Position numbers and translations under genes: made by a program. This document shows positions 1 to 8,920 of a DNA stretch of 64,000 nt, piece by piece. How positions within the stretch are numbered: the first letter of the stretch is position 1; every line of letters begins with the position of its first letter. Below the pieces are notes generated by a model. It was not told the DNA's origin, did no database searches, and saw only the letters and a program-made list of their open reading frames with translations. This DNA is from Acidimicrobiales bacterium (GTDB taxonomy: Bacteria; Actinomycetota; Acidimicrobiia; Acidimicrobiales; SZUA-35), in NCBI GenBank assembly GCA_047974625.1, contig JBKECK010000068.1, positions 68,714-132,713 of the forward strand. Reading direction: 5' to 3'.

Positions 1-3000
1 TCGAGCCACACCCGGTCGCCGATCGACCCGGCGACCACGGTGGCCGAGACGTCGTTGGAGATCACATTGAGTGAGATCTCCGGGATCCGGCCTCCGAAGT
101 TGTTCGTGTAGATGTCGCCTCCGGAGGCACCGGTGACCCGTCCTGTGGGGTTGAAGGCCGGGGTCCCGCCAACGTTGCCCACTGGGTCGATGGTCACCGT
201 GACGGTGTGGGCCCCGCCCGCGCCGGAGATGACGCCGGTGTCGAACCGGATGGCGGTGATGTCGGCGGGATCGAGGGAGCCACACTCCAGTGGGCTCAGT
301 GCTGTGCACTGGGTCCACGTGGTGGTGCCGGTCCCGGCGGTCTGACCGTCGGGAAGGGTGGCACCGCTTGACGAGTAGGTCCGGTAGCAGAGGTCACCGT
401 CAGTCGGGACGTACCCGAGCGCCAGGTTCGATCCGGCGCACGGGTCGACGGACACGCTCCCCGGTTCGGCGTCGGTGGCCCAAAACACCTCGCTGTTGCC
501 ACCGCTCACCGCGGTGACCTGGTAGTCGCCGGAGTACCGGGAGGCCGGGGTCCGGTCGGTCTGGATCCCACCGGAGTAGTCGCCGTCTCCCCGGTACGGG
601 AGAACGTCGATGAACGAACCACCGCTGTAGTCCTCCAATCCAAGATTGCGGTACTGGAGGTCGAAGGCGATCGGGGTATCGACCTCGACGATCTGGTCGG
701 CCACCGCCTTCAGGACATCGAACCCTGTGCCGGCCTCCATGTAGACCTGGTATTTGACCGTGCGACGGTTGGAGGCACCATCACCGTCAGTGTCGGTGCC
801 CATGTCGGAGTCGATGGAGGCGCTGTTGGTGAACGTCCCCGAAGTCACGCTGCTGTCGACGGCGACCTGATACCTGATGAGCGGAAGCTGCTCGGAGTTC
901 TGGATGTCGGCGAAGTGGTACTCGAGACGCGACGCGGCTGCTCCGTGGCCGGTCGGGGTCACCGACGAACCGGCGAGGGTCATGGTCACGTCCGGGCTGG
1001 AGACCTGGTACTGCGCGAACGTGAGCCAGGTGCTCCCGCCATCGACACTGAATCGTTCGGACCCGAACACGAAGTCGGTCTGGCCCGGGAGTTGGTCCAT
1101 GATCTGCGCCGTGCTCTGGGTCGCCTCGTTCCACTGCCCTAGGACCTGGGGCTGGAGTTCGAACTCGACGGTCTGGCCGGCGTTGACCACCTTCAAACCG
1201 GCTGGGACCGTCCGTTTGGCGATGCTGTGGGCCGACGAAACGACCCGCATCCGGTCGGCATAAGCGCCTTCGTAGCTGAAGGAGGGGTCAGCAGGGTTGG
1301 CCGACCCGGTCCCCACACCGGACCATGACGACCAGGTACCAGCGGCATCGCTCCGTCTGGCGACCGCCCACAACGGAATCAGATTATTGGGCCCGTAGCC
1401 CATCGCACCGAGCTTGACCTTGATGTCGTAGTTGACTGCGATCGCCACGTGATCGACGCCAGGGTGCAAGGCGTTCAGATGGTCGGTGTCGATGTCGAGC
1501 TGATAGCGGATCTTGGTGATGGCCTGGTTGCCGCCTGGCACCGCTTGAGCGTCGGCGTACCAGTCGACTACAGCGCCCGGAGTCGACTGGGTGCCGTCGG
1601 CGGCCTGGATGTTGACGACGCTATCGCTGTTGACATCGTCGGCGCAGGTGTCGTTCTGGAGCTCGGTCAGCGCGGCGGCTGGTTCGGTCGAGTACAGGAA
1701 GGACAGGTACGTGGTCGGGTCGTGGTGGGTCGCGTTGGCGGTGGTTCCAGCCCACAGCACCAGAGACGGGTTCCGAGTTGATCGGTTGAACGAGTAGGCC
1801 GTCGTCGATGGTGCGGGGGCACCAGTAAGGCCCACGAACTCGGTGACTGAGGTGTCGATCTTGGTGCAATGTTGGTCCGAAGATCCGTCGATCATCCGGT
1901 AGTCCCAGACGTTCGCCTGGGCGAAGGCGACATCGCCGGGGGCGACCGCTTCGATGGTCGTGGCCTTCTGCGGAATACCCCAAGCCACCAGACCGTCCCA
2001 CCCGACCGAGGCCGACCAGCCGCCGGGGCTGGTCTTCCGCAGCGGGAACGACGCCGTCGAGTCGGTGGGGAACGCTTCGCCGGCGCCGCCGTAGTTCGGC
2101 AAGTTGTTTCCACCGGCGTCCTCGGTCGAGTACGGATTGAAGCCCACCTGCGCGCCACCTTCGAGGGCGCCCACCCGATTGGATTCGAAGATCTCACACA
2201 CCCCAGTGAGGCACGACGGGTCGGTATCGAGTTCGGAGGTGTGGAGGTGCCACAGGGTCAGCTTGAACTCGAATAGGTTGCCGTCGCCGTCCGGGTCACG
2301 GACATCGACGTTGTCCAACTGAACGGTGATGGTCGGATCATCCTGGGGAGGCTCGCCCCCGATAGCGCTGACGAAGTCACCCGACACCTGGTTCGGAGTA
2401 CAGGTGATCGACGCCGCGGCGCCGTGGTCACCCAGCAAGGTGCACGCCGAGCCGGTAGGTCCCCAGGTGTAAGGGATGGCGCCCGATGACAGACCCGAGC
2501 CGGTGGTGTTGTTGGGATTGTCGTCGGTGTAGGCGTCGAGCAGCGTGTAGTCGACCTGGTAGGTCACCTCGTCGGAGTCGGCCAGCATCGAACCTGGCTC
2601 GTAGGTAGCCCGGACCACATACTCCATCAGCGTTCCGGGTTGGTTGGACGGGCCCACGGCGTACCTGGGTTGGTACAGCGGGTTCCCTTCGGCGTCGACC
2701 CCCTCGACCGGCAACGACTTCGTCAGGTTAACCTTGAACCCGGCGGTCACCGTAGTCTCGGTCGGTCCGGCCGTAGCCTCCGCCGAGGGACCCTCAGCAT
2801 TCTGGGCCCACGCCCTCACCATGGCCGAGACGTGATCGTCGTTGCGGGTGACCTGGCCGTCGGAGGCCACGGGTACCACCCTCGCCGTCGGATAGAGGAC
2901 CCGGTTGGTGCCCTCGCTCCCGGTGCCGACGTTGCACACCAGTAGCCGTTTGTCACCACCAGGCTGCCCGGTCGCCGAGTCGGCGATGACCGACGCCGGT

Positions 3001-3368
3001 GTGCCGTCCGCACGGCACTCCTGGGGCATCTGGACCCACTGCTGTTTGGGATCGAGCATGACCTCGGCCACCAACGCGTCGGCCGCGCCATCGTTGAGGC
3101 TCAGCTCCACCTGATAAGCAATCGTGTCGTGCAGCCGGACGACGTCATTAGTCGCGTTGGCATCAAGCCCCGCATCGGTGACGGCGACCGGGTCCCAGGT
3201 GGCGCCATCGAACGGTTCCGAACCGGTCTTCGAGGTACTGAGGGTAACCCTTACCGTTGGGACGGCAGCCTCGGCTGCTGGTGCAGTCCACGTCAATGTG
3301 GTTGCCGTGACCGCGGCGACGGCCAGCAGCGCGAGCCAGACTGAACGTGGGGTGCGAGATGTGACCAT
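1..3368 (-). CDS. Large secreted repeat-domain surface (adhesin-like) protein, N-terminal ~1120 codons; the gene continues past the left edge
   Basis: Absent from the ORF track because no stop lies inside the window. The minus frame starting at ATG 3368 is the only frame with no competing listed ORF across 3.3 kb. Hand translation begins MVTSRTPRSVWLALLAVAAVTATTLTWTAPAAEA/AVPT, a Sec signal peptide with an AxA site. It runs through DUF11-like repeat segments (VNAGQTVEFELQ...MDQLPGQTDFV; IVEVDTPIAFDLQYRNLG...FIDVLP). At the window edge it reaches GSIGDRVWL, the usual start of SdrD/Cna-B-type repeats. Confidence 0.7.
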   Translation of the reverse strand, partial: MVTSRTPRSVWLALLAVAAVTATTLTWTAPAAEAAVPTVRVTLSTSKTGSEPFDGATWDPVAVTDAGLDANATNDVVRLHDTIAYQVELSLNDGAADALVAEVMLDPKQQWVQMPQECRADGTPASVIADSATGQPGGDKRLLVCNVGTGSEGTNRVLYPTARVVPVASDGQVTRNDDHVSAMVRAWAQNAEGPSAEATAGPTETTVTAGFKVNLTKSLPVEGVDAEGNPLYQPRYAVGPSNQPGTLMEYVVRATYEPGSMLADSDEVTYQVDYTLLDAYTDDNPNNTTGSGLSSGAIPYTWGPTGSACTLLGDHGAAASITCTPNQVSGDFVSAIGGEPPQDDPTITVQLDNVDVRDPDGDGNLFEFKLTLWHLHTSELDTDPSCLTGVCEIFESNRVGALEGGAQVGFNPYSTEDAGGNNLPNYGGAGEAFPTDSTASFPLRKTSPGGWSASVGWDGLVAWGIPQKATTIEAVAPGDVAFAQANVWDYRMIDGSSDQHCTKIDTSVTEFVGLTGAPAPSTTAYSFNRSTRNPSLVLWAGTTANATHHDPTTYLSFLYSTEPAAALTELQNDTCADDVNSDSVVNIQAADGTQSTPGAVVDWYADAQAVPGGNQAITKIRYQLDIDTDHLNALHPGVDHVAIAVNYDIKVKLGAMGYGPNNLIPLWAVARRSDAAGTWSSWSGVGTGSANPADPSFSYEGAYADRMRVVSSAHSIAKRTVPAGLKVVNAGQTVEFELQPQVLGQWNEATQSTAQIMDQLPGQTDFVFGSERFSVDGGSTWLTFAQYQVSSPDVTMTLAGSSVTPTGHGAAASRLEYHFADIQNSEQLPLIRYQVAVDSSVTSGTFTNSASIDSDMGTDTDGDGASNRRTVKYQVYMEAGTGFDVLKAVADQIVEVDTPIAFDLQYRNLGLEDYSGGSFIDVLPYRGDGDYSGGIQTDRTPASRYSGDYQVTAVSGGNSEVFWATDAEPGSVSVDPCAGSNLALGYVPTDGDLCYRTYSSSGATLPDGQTAGTGTTTWTQCTALSPLECGSLDPADITAIRFDTGVISGAGGAHTVTVTIDPVGNVGGTPAFNPTGRVTGASGGDIYTNNFGGRIPEISLNVISNDVSATVVAGSIGDRVWL

Positions 3369-3532
3369 CAGCGAAAGGCATCGGCAACTTTCGGTGATGA
3401 TTGAGTTATCAACGAAAACTGAACGAGCGCCATGCCGTCATGATGCTGGTCAATGCCGTGTCCGTCGTCGGCCAGTTCCAGTGATCAGTGCACGGTGAGG
3501 GCTGAACCTGACCCCTGATACCGGAGTCCGAA

Positions 3533-3870
3533 TTGAGAGGACCTAATACGGGAAGGCGTCCGAAGTTTGATGCGGAGTTTTGTGCTCACGCAGTGGAGAT
3601 GGTCGGGTCGTCTGGCCGTCCGAGGTATCAGGTCGCAAAGGATCTGGGTGTTTCTGGCACTACCATCGCGAAGTGGATGGCTGCTGAGAAAACCAATGAC
3701 GATCCGGAACCGTCGTCGGTCTCTGAACGATAGGATTATGAACGTCTCCTGAATGCCGAGCGTGAATGGCAGATGGAACGAGAGATCCTAAAAGGAAATG
3801 AGCTTCTGGGTGAAGGCGTCGACCGGCCGGTTGAAGTACCGGTTCATCGATGCCCAGAACGCCCGGATCG
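3533..3870 (+). mobile_element. Degraded IS3-family transposase orfA relic (in-frame TAG plus frameshift; 3' part missing)
   Basis: 3533-3733 encodes RRPKFDAEFCAHAVEMV...RYQVAKDLGVSGTTIAKWM, an IS3/IS911 OrfA-type HTH. After the TAG at 3731 the same frame continues ERLLNAEREWQMEREILK. The +1 frame then continues MSFWVKAS..RLKYRFIDA, a typical OrfA C-terminus. No orfB/DDE part and no terminal inverted repeats were seen. The relic abuts the 3' end of the YcaO operon, and GC is locally lower. Confidence 0.6.
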
Positions 3871-3905
3871 ATCCTTCGACTGGTGAGCGGGTCGGCGAGT
3901 TCCGT

Positions 3906-5285
3906 TCAGTGCGGAAGAGGTTGCAGACGGAGACCGGTGCCGTTGGCTCGCCTATCCATGCGGGTGCCGCCGAGGAAGGGGAACGCCGCGGCTCCGTTGG
4001 AGTACAGCCCGGAAGCGATCACGCGGACGACACTGAGCCCGGCTCTGCGAACGTCGGAGGTGGTGACATCCACCGACACGGCCCGGATTCCGGCGTCGGT
4101 GAGGGTTGCCACGATCCCGGGGAGGTCCATCGCGGGCGGTGAGCCCAATGGCTCATGCATCTCCGAGTCGAGAAGCGGCCAGGACGTCAGCTCCCGTTCG
4201 AGGTCATCGGCCAACTGGGGGTCGAGGTAGGCCTGCATGTGGCAACCGGGGTCGACTGCGTCATGCCAGTCCGGGCGGTAGTCGAGCAGGTAGGAACGGT
4301 CTTGTCGCCACGGCTTGAGCGGGCTGTCCGGGCTGCGGGTCAGTGGACCGAACGCTGAGTCCGGGTCGTTGAGGTCGGCCATCACGGTCTGAATGTGGGC
4401 CGCCTCGGCGAGCGCCTTCACACACGCCGCCGCGGTCACATCCGGATACCAGGCGGTACCAAGAGTGAGGTAGCCCCGGACCTGATCCCGCATGAGCGCA
4501 CCCACGCAGGGCGCACCGAAATCGCTCGGAAACGTCACGAAGGTAGTGCGCAACTCTCCGGTCGGCCCGGAAGCGAGTCGCTCCAACCAGTGCGGTGCCT
4601 GCAGCCGGGCTCCCGTCGCCCCTGTGGTCCAAGTCAGCGTCATCGCGTCCCGTTCGATGAGTTCCCGCACCGCGCTGGACTCGGCGTGGGTGCGGTCACT
4701 GCCTGCGGCGATGCCAGCGTAGACGGTCGCGTTGGTGATCGGTTCGCCGACGCTGAACCCGTGGGCGAAGTAGTTCGTCCAGACCAGGGAGGCCGGCACC
4801 CACACCGGGGCTCGGGTAAGCACGTCCTGGCCCTCCACCCACCGCACCGGCAAGTCGGGGGGGAACCGGCAGAACGGGAAACCGCGCTCGTTGTACTGGG
4901 CGTCGCTGTACAACGCCAATCCAGTCGGGTCGAGCGCGTCTTCGTCCGCAGCTTGCAACTGCTCGAACGAGGCCCGGCGCAGGCCTGGCGGAACGATGTT
5001 TCCGCTATACCGCTCGGCCGCCTCCCCGATGGCGGCTGCAACGGCTCCTGGTAGGTCCCACAGCACCGATCCCATTCCCGACGGATCGCTGCGCCAGGGG
5101 CAGAACCGCGTCGAATCGGCGATATCTGCTTGGACCAGCTGCAACGCCTGTGGCAGGTGGTCCGGGACAAGGCGTCGAGCGAGCCGGGACACGATCCCGG
5201 TCCGGGAGCCGACGAGTAGGTTCTTCGGGTCGGGGGCGGAGAGGTCGCCCCCGAGGTCCAACTGTGTGTTCGTCATCACGAGCAA
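3906..5285 (-). CDS. YcaO-domain protein, paralog C (last gene of the operon)
   Basis: Motifs AIGEAAERYSGN, LYSDAQYNERGFPFCRF...VRWVEG...VWVPASLV, YAGIAAGSDR...ELIERDAMTLTW and a Pro-rich C-terminal tail LQPLPH. The N-terminal SRTGIV...ADSTRF signature is shared with the other two paralogs. The true start may be GTG 5279 or ATG 5276, downstream of a GGAG. Confidence 0.85.
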   Translation of the reverse strand: MLVMTNTQLDLGGDLSAPDPKNLLVGSRTGIVSRLARRLVPDHLPQALQLVQADIADSTRFCPWRSDPSGMGSVLWDLPGAVAAAIGEAAERYSGNIVPPGLRRASFEQLQAADEDALDPTGLALYSDAQYNERGFPFCRFPPDLPVRWVEGQDVLTRAPVWVPASLVWTNYFAHGFSVGEPITNATVYAGIAAGSDRTHAESSAVRELIERDAMTLTWTTGATGARLQAPHWLERLASGPTGELRTTFVTFPSDFGAPCVGALMRDQVRGYLTLGTAWYPDVTAAACVKALAEAAHIQTVMADLNDPDSAFGPLTRSPDSPLKPWRQDRSYLLDYRPDWHDAVDPGCHMQAYLDPQLADDLERELTSWPLLDSEMHEPLGSPPAMDLPGIVATLTDAGIRAVSVDVTTSDVRRAGLSVVRVIASGLYSNGAAAFPFLGGTRMDRRANGTGLRLQPLPH

Positions 5286-5327
5286 CTCCGTTCAGCGACG
5301 CCCCGGCGAGCAGCGTCAGCCGTGGTT

Positions 5328-6683
5328 TCAGCAGGGCAGCGGGTAGTCACGAGGCGGACCGGGAGCGGCCGCACGGGCAGCATCCAGGCGCGCCCCACCA
5401 AGGAACGGGTAGGCGGCCGGGCCCGAGGAGTACAGCGCCGGGGCGATAACCCGGACGACGACCAGCCCGGTTCGGGCGAAGCCCGACGGGGTCAGGTCGA
5501 CCGACACGGGTGTGATCCCGGCAGCGGCCAACCGTGACAGGAGTTCGTCGGCGGCAGGGCCCGGGGACTGTGTCGGCGACGTTGGCGCTGCGAGCGGCCA
5601 CTGCCCGACGTCGGACTCCAGCCGATCGGCCAGCGCCGGGTCCAGGTACGCCTGCAGGTGACAGGCCGGGTCTCCGGCATCGCGCCAGTCGGGCCGGTAG
5701 CTACTGAGGTACCTGCGGTCGTCACGCCACGGTTTGAGCGGGCTGCTGGGATCGACTCGCAACGCCTCGAAGCCGGAGTCCGGGTCGTCCAGGTCCGCGG
5801 CGATCATCTGGCCGTGTAGGGCTTGGGCGAACGCTTCGTGCAGCGCAGTGCCCCTCACTGTGGCGGGTCGCCAGGAGGTGCCGAGTGTGAGGTAGCCCAA
5901 CGATCGGTCCCGCACCAACACGCCGACGCTTGGAGGGCCGAACTCGCTGGCGAACTCGACGAAGGTGGTCCGCAACCGGCCCGTGGGTCCGCGCCCAAGT
6001 GCGGCGAGGTGCCCGCCCACGTCCAGGCGTCGACCGACCGCTCCGCTGTGCCAGGTGAGTTCGCGCGCGTCTGCCTCGATCAGGCTGAACAGCGCAGCGC
6101 GTTCGGCTGCTTGGCGGGTGGGGCCCGAGGCGATGGCGGTGTGCAGGGTGGCGTGCGTTGCTGCTTCTGGCTCTCCTGTCTCGTCCGGTCGGGCTGTCCA
6201 TGCCAGCGAGGCGGGAACCCAGACCGCTTCGTGGCCGGTCATGGTGCGTCCACGGGCCCACCGCAGCGACAGGTCGGGGTCGAACGGCACGAACGGGAAG
6301 CCGGGAGCGGCGTACTGCGCGTCGGAGTACAGCGACAACGTAGTCGGGTCGAGTACTCGCTCGCCGCCTGCGGTGAGCTCGGCGTACGTGCTGCGCCGGA
6401 GTCGGGCTGTGACGAAATTGCCCGCGTAGCTCTCCACGGCGGCGGCCAGAGCAGCGTGGGTCGCCGCGGCGTCGTCCCACAGAGCCAGGCCGACGACGGC
6501 GACGTCAGTGGTCCACGGCCCGAAGCGGGTGGAGTCTGCCAGTTCGGCGCAGACCACCCGCAGGCACTGGGGCAGGTGCGGTGGAACTCCAGGCCGGAGG
6601 AGGCGTCGGACCAGGCCGGTTCGGGCATCCACCACCACGAGCTGCAACTGGTCGGTCGTTGGCCCCCGCGTCGCCACGTTCAC
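5328..6683 (-). CDS. YcaO-domain protein, paralog B (divergent nucleotide-binding motifs)
   Basis: Same overall architecture (LYSDAQYAAPGFPFVPF...LRWARG...VWVPASLAW, C-terminal DYPLPC). The two acidic motifs, however, read AAAVESYAGN and SLIEADARELTW instead of GEAxERY and ELIERDA. The GTG start at 6683 overlaps the TGA of paralog A (GTGA). Confidence 0.8.
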   Translation of the reverse strand: MNVATRGPTTDQLQLVVVDARTGLVRRLLRPGVPPHLPQCLRVVCAELADSTRFGPWTTDVAVVGLALWDDAAATHAALAAAVESYAGNFVTARLRRSTYAELTAGGERVLDPTTLSLYSDAQYAAPGFPFVPFDPDLSLRWARGRTMTGHEAVWVPASLAWTARPDETGEPEAATHATLHTAIASGPTRQAAERAALFSLIEADARELTWHSGAVGRRLDVGGHLAALGRGPTGRLRTTFVEFASEFGPPSVGVLVRDRSLGYLTLGTSWRPATVRGTALHEAFAQALHGQMIAADLDDPDSGFEALRVDPSSPLKPWRDDRRYLSSYRPDWRDAGDPACHLQAYLDPALADRLESDVGQWPLAAPTSPTQSPGPAADELLSRLAAAGITPVSVDLTPSGFARTGLVVVRVIAPALYSSGPAAYPFLGGARLDAARAAAPGPPRDYPLPC

Positions 6684-8041
6684 GAGTAGGGCAGTGGGTC
6701 ACGCACCAGATCCGCTTCGGTCAGCGGTTCCGATGCCCAGCCGAGGAGGTGCGGTACCTCATAGAGCCGCCGACCGCCGAGCAGGGGGAGCGCTGCGGGC
6801 GCGTATCCGACGAGGCCAGGAGCGAGGACCCGGGTTACGTGCCAGCCAGCGGCGGCTACGTCGGCGCTGGTGCTGTCCACCGCGATGGCCCGTACGCCTT
6901 CGCGCTCGAGCGCGGTCACGCAGTGGAGGAACACGTCGGGGCCGATCTCCGGCATGTCGGCCAGGGACACGATCTCGACGGGTTTCTCGAAGCGGTGGGT
7001 GATTCGCTGCTGGGCCTCCGGGTCGAGGTAGAGCTGGGTGTGCGAGGCGAGGTCGGAGACGTCACGTAGGTCGTCGCGGAAGCTGCGGACATACGACCGG
7101 TCGGCACGGAAGGGACGGTAGGGGTGAGCGTACGCTGCCGCTGACCCGTCCATCGTGTACAGCCGTGCGTCTGGATCGAGCAGTTCGACGCCGAACAGCA
7201 GCCCGTCGATGGCCTCGACCAGCGCCTTGGCCGCGGCCGCAACCGGCTCGCCGCGACTGGCCGCGCCCCAGGCGATGAGCCCCCGCCGAGTGTCGTGTAG
7301 GAACGCACCGACGACTGGGACACCGAAGGTCGTCCGTAGCCACAGCAGTCGACACACGGTGCCCTGCTCATCCAGTTCGGTAGCCCACGCGGCAAGCCGG
7401 CCGTCGGAGTTCACGTCGATCTCGGTTCCGGGGGCTCCGCTCATCCACCAGATCGTCATGGCGTCGCGTTCGATCAGTTCGAGCAGGGCCGAGACGTAGG
7501 CCTGGCCTCGACGCGTTCCCGCCGCCATCCCCGCGTACATCTGGGCAACCGTGGGTTCGCCGGGTGGCGGGAGGTAGTTCAACAGGACCAGGCAGGCCGG
7601 CACGAGCACCTGCGTGTCCGCGACCAGGTCCCGGCCGGGGATCCAGGCGATGGTGGATTCTGCCGTAATCGGTGCGAACGGGAACCCGGGGGTCTCGTAC
7701 TGGCTGGCCGAGTACGGTGCGGCTTGCGCCGGGTCCAGGGCGTTGTGTCCGGATTCCCGTAGTTCTCTGAACGAGGCCCGGGTCAGGCTGGTCGGTTCGA
7801 TGTTGCCGCAGTAGCGTTCGAGCGCCTCCCCGACCGCAGCGGCACGGGCGGCGTCGGGGTTGTCGAGAGCGCTGCCGTGCCCGCACGGGTCGGCGCGCCA
7901 GGTCGCGAACCGGCTGGTGTCCGCCACGTGGGCGGTGAACGCCGAGTGCGAACGCAGGTAGCGATGTCTCGGGTCATCGGGTCGCACCGCGGTGATCAGG
8001 CCGGTACGGCCGTCAACCAAGCGGCCAGAAATACTGCTCAC
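6680..8041 (-). CDS. YcaO-domain protein, paralog A
   Basis: Motifs AAVGEALERYCGN, PYSASQYETPGFPFAPI...IAWIPG...VLVPACLV, YAGMAAGTRR...ELIERDAMTIWW and C-terminal DPLPYS. The start lies 11 nt after the stop of the partner gene. Confidence 0.85.
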   Translation of the reverse strand: MSSISGRLVDGRTGLITAVRPDDPRHRYLRSHSAFTAHVADTSRFATWRADPCGHGSALDNPDAARAAAVGEALERYCGNIEPTSLTRASFRELRESGHNALDPAQAAPYSASQYETPGFPFAPITAESTIAWIPGRDLVADTQVLVPACLVLLNYLPPPGEPTVAQMYAGMAAGTRRGQAYVSALLELIERDAMTIWWMSGAPGTEIDVNSDGRLAAWATELDEQGTVCRLLWLRTTFGVPVVGAFLHDTRRGLIAWGAASRGEPVAAAAKALVEAIDGLLFGVELLDPDARLYTMDGSAAAYAHPYRPFRADRSYVRSFRDDLRDVSDLASHTQLYLDPEAQQRITHRFEKPVEIVSLADMPEIGPDVFLHCVTALEREGVRAIAVDSTSADVAAAGWHVTRVLAPGLVGYAPAALPLLGGRRLYEVPHLLGWASEPLTEADLVRDPLPYS

Positions 8042-8052
8042 CTGAGTGCTGC

Positions 8053-8886
8053 TCAGTCAGCGAAGGCCGGTAGGGGGAGCACCGGGTGGCGGTGCACCAG
8101 CAGATCCACCGGATCCAACTCGATCTGGTCGAGCGCGCCGGGCGGATCCTGTCCGTCGAGGTAGGTGAGGACGTCGGTGACAATGTGCCCGGCGGCAACG
8201 GCGAGCGCACCCGGGCCCGGCCAGGGAACCGGCGGCTTGTGGGCCGCGGAGTCCAAGTAGGCCCAATGCGCCAGCAGCGCGTCTGGGGCACCGGCGGCGG
8301 CGAGCCGGCGGCCGCGGGTGTCGTGATAGCCGGCACTGACCCCCGGGATCGACAAGGGCCCGACGAAGAGCCTGACCCCTTCCATGTAGGCCATGTGCCA
8401 GGCCGTTCCCCCCTCAGCGCACCAGCCCTCCGTCTGCCGCCAGTCGGTGTCAGGGAGCCAACCGACACAGCTGATGAGCAGGTCCGAGCTGTTGACCGAC
8501 TCGGGAGTCAGCGGGTCGGTGTTCAGCTGCACCTCTCCGTCGAGCAAGGCGAGAACCTGGCGACCCAACGGCGTGTCAACACCGCTGACGAGTACCGTCG
8601 CCGCACGGGGCAGCGATTGGGGAGGGCCAGGCCGGCTCAGAAGGCCGCGGGCCATCAAGGCGGCCGCGAAGTGCGCGTGCACGTCGCCGGGGTCCTCTTC
8701 AAGGTGTGCGGCTTCAAGGTGTGCGGCTTCAAGGTGTGTGTCGCCATGAAGCGTGGCAACAAAATGCTCGAACTCCGGGCCGTCCACCTGCAGCCGCAGA
8801 AAGCGATCCTGAGGGGACATTGCGTTCCACGACCCGTCAGCGGTGCGGTAGACGTGGTGGCCGGGGGTGAGCCGAAGGTCGGTCAA
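8053..8886 (-). CDS. E1-like (ThiF-fold, non-catalytic) / RRE-type leader-peptide-binding partner protein for YcaO enzymes
   Basis: 277 aa, immediately upstream of the three YcaO genes. The N-terminal ~70 aa (LRLTPGHHVYRTADGSW...FLRLQVDGPEFEHFVATL) look like a winged-helix RRE. This is followed by a Rossmann-like strand-loop ATVLVSGVDTPLGRQVLALL without a GxGxxG nucleotide loop, as in TOMM/thiopeptide docking proteins. The TTG start at 8886 is preceded by GGAGA with a 7-nt spacer. The family call is by pattern only. Confidence 0.55.
   Translation of the reverse strand: MTDLRLTPGHHVYRTADGSWNAMSPQDRFLRLQVDGPEFEHFVATLHGDTHLEAAHLEAAHLEEDPGDVHAHFAAALMARGLLSRPGPPQSLPRAATVLVSGVDTPLGRQVLALLDGEVQLNTDPLTPESVNSSDLLISCVGWLPDTDWRQTEGWCAEGGTAWHMAYMEGVRLFVGPLSIPGVSAGYHDTRGRRLAAAGAPDALLAHWAYLDSAAHKPPVPWPGPGALAVAAGHIVTDVLTYLDGQDPPGALDQIELDPVDLLVHRHPVLPLPAFAD
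8707..8751. repeat. 15-nt in-frame tandem repeat x3 (cttcaaggtgtgcgg), encoding HLEAA-HLEAA-HLEED in the partner protein
   Basis: Two perfect copies plus a third that differs only at its end, read directly from the sequence. Confidence 0.9.
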
Positions 8887-8920
8887 GGTGTCGTCTCCAC
8901 GCTTGTCAAACAGATAAGGC

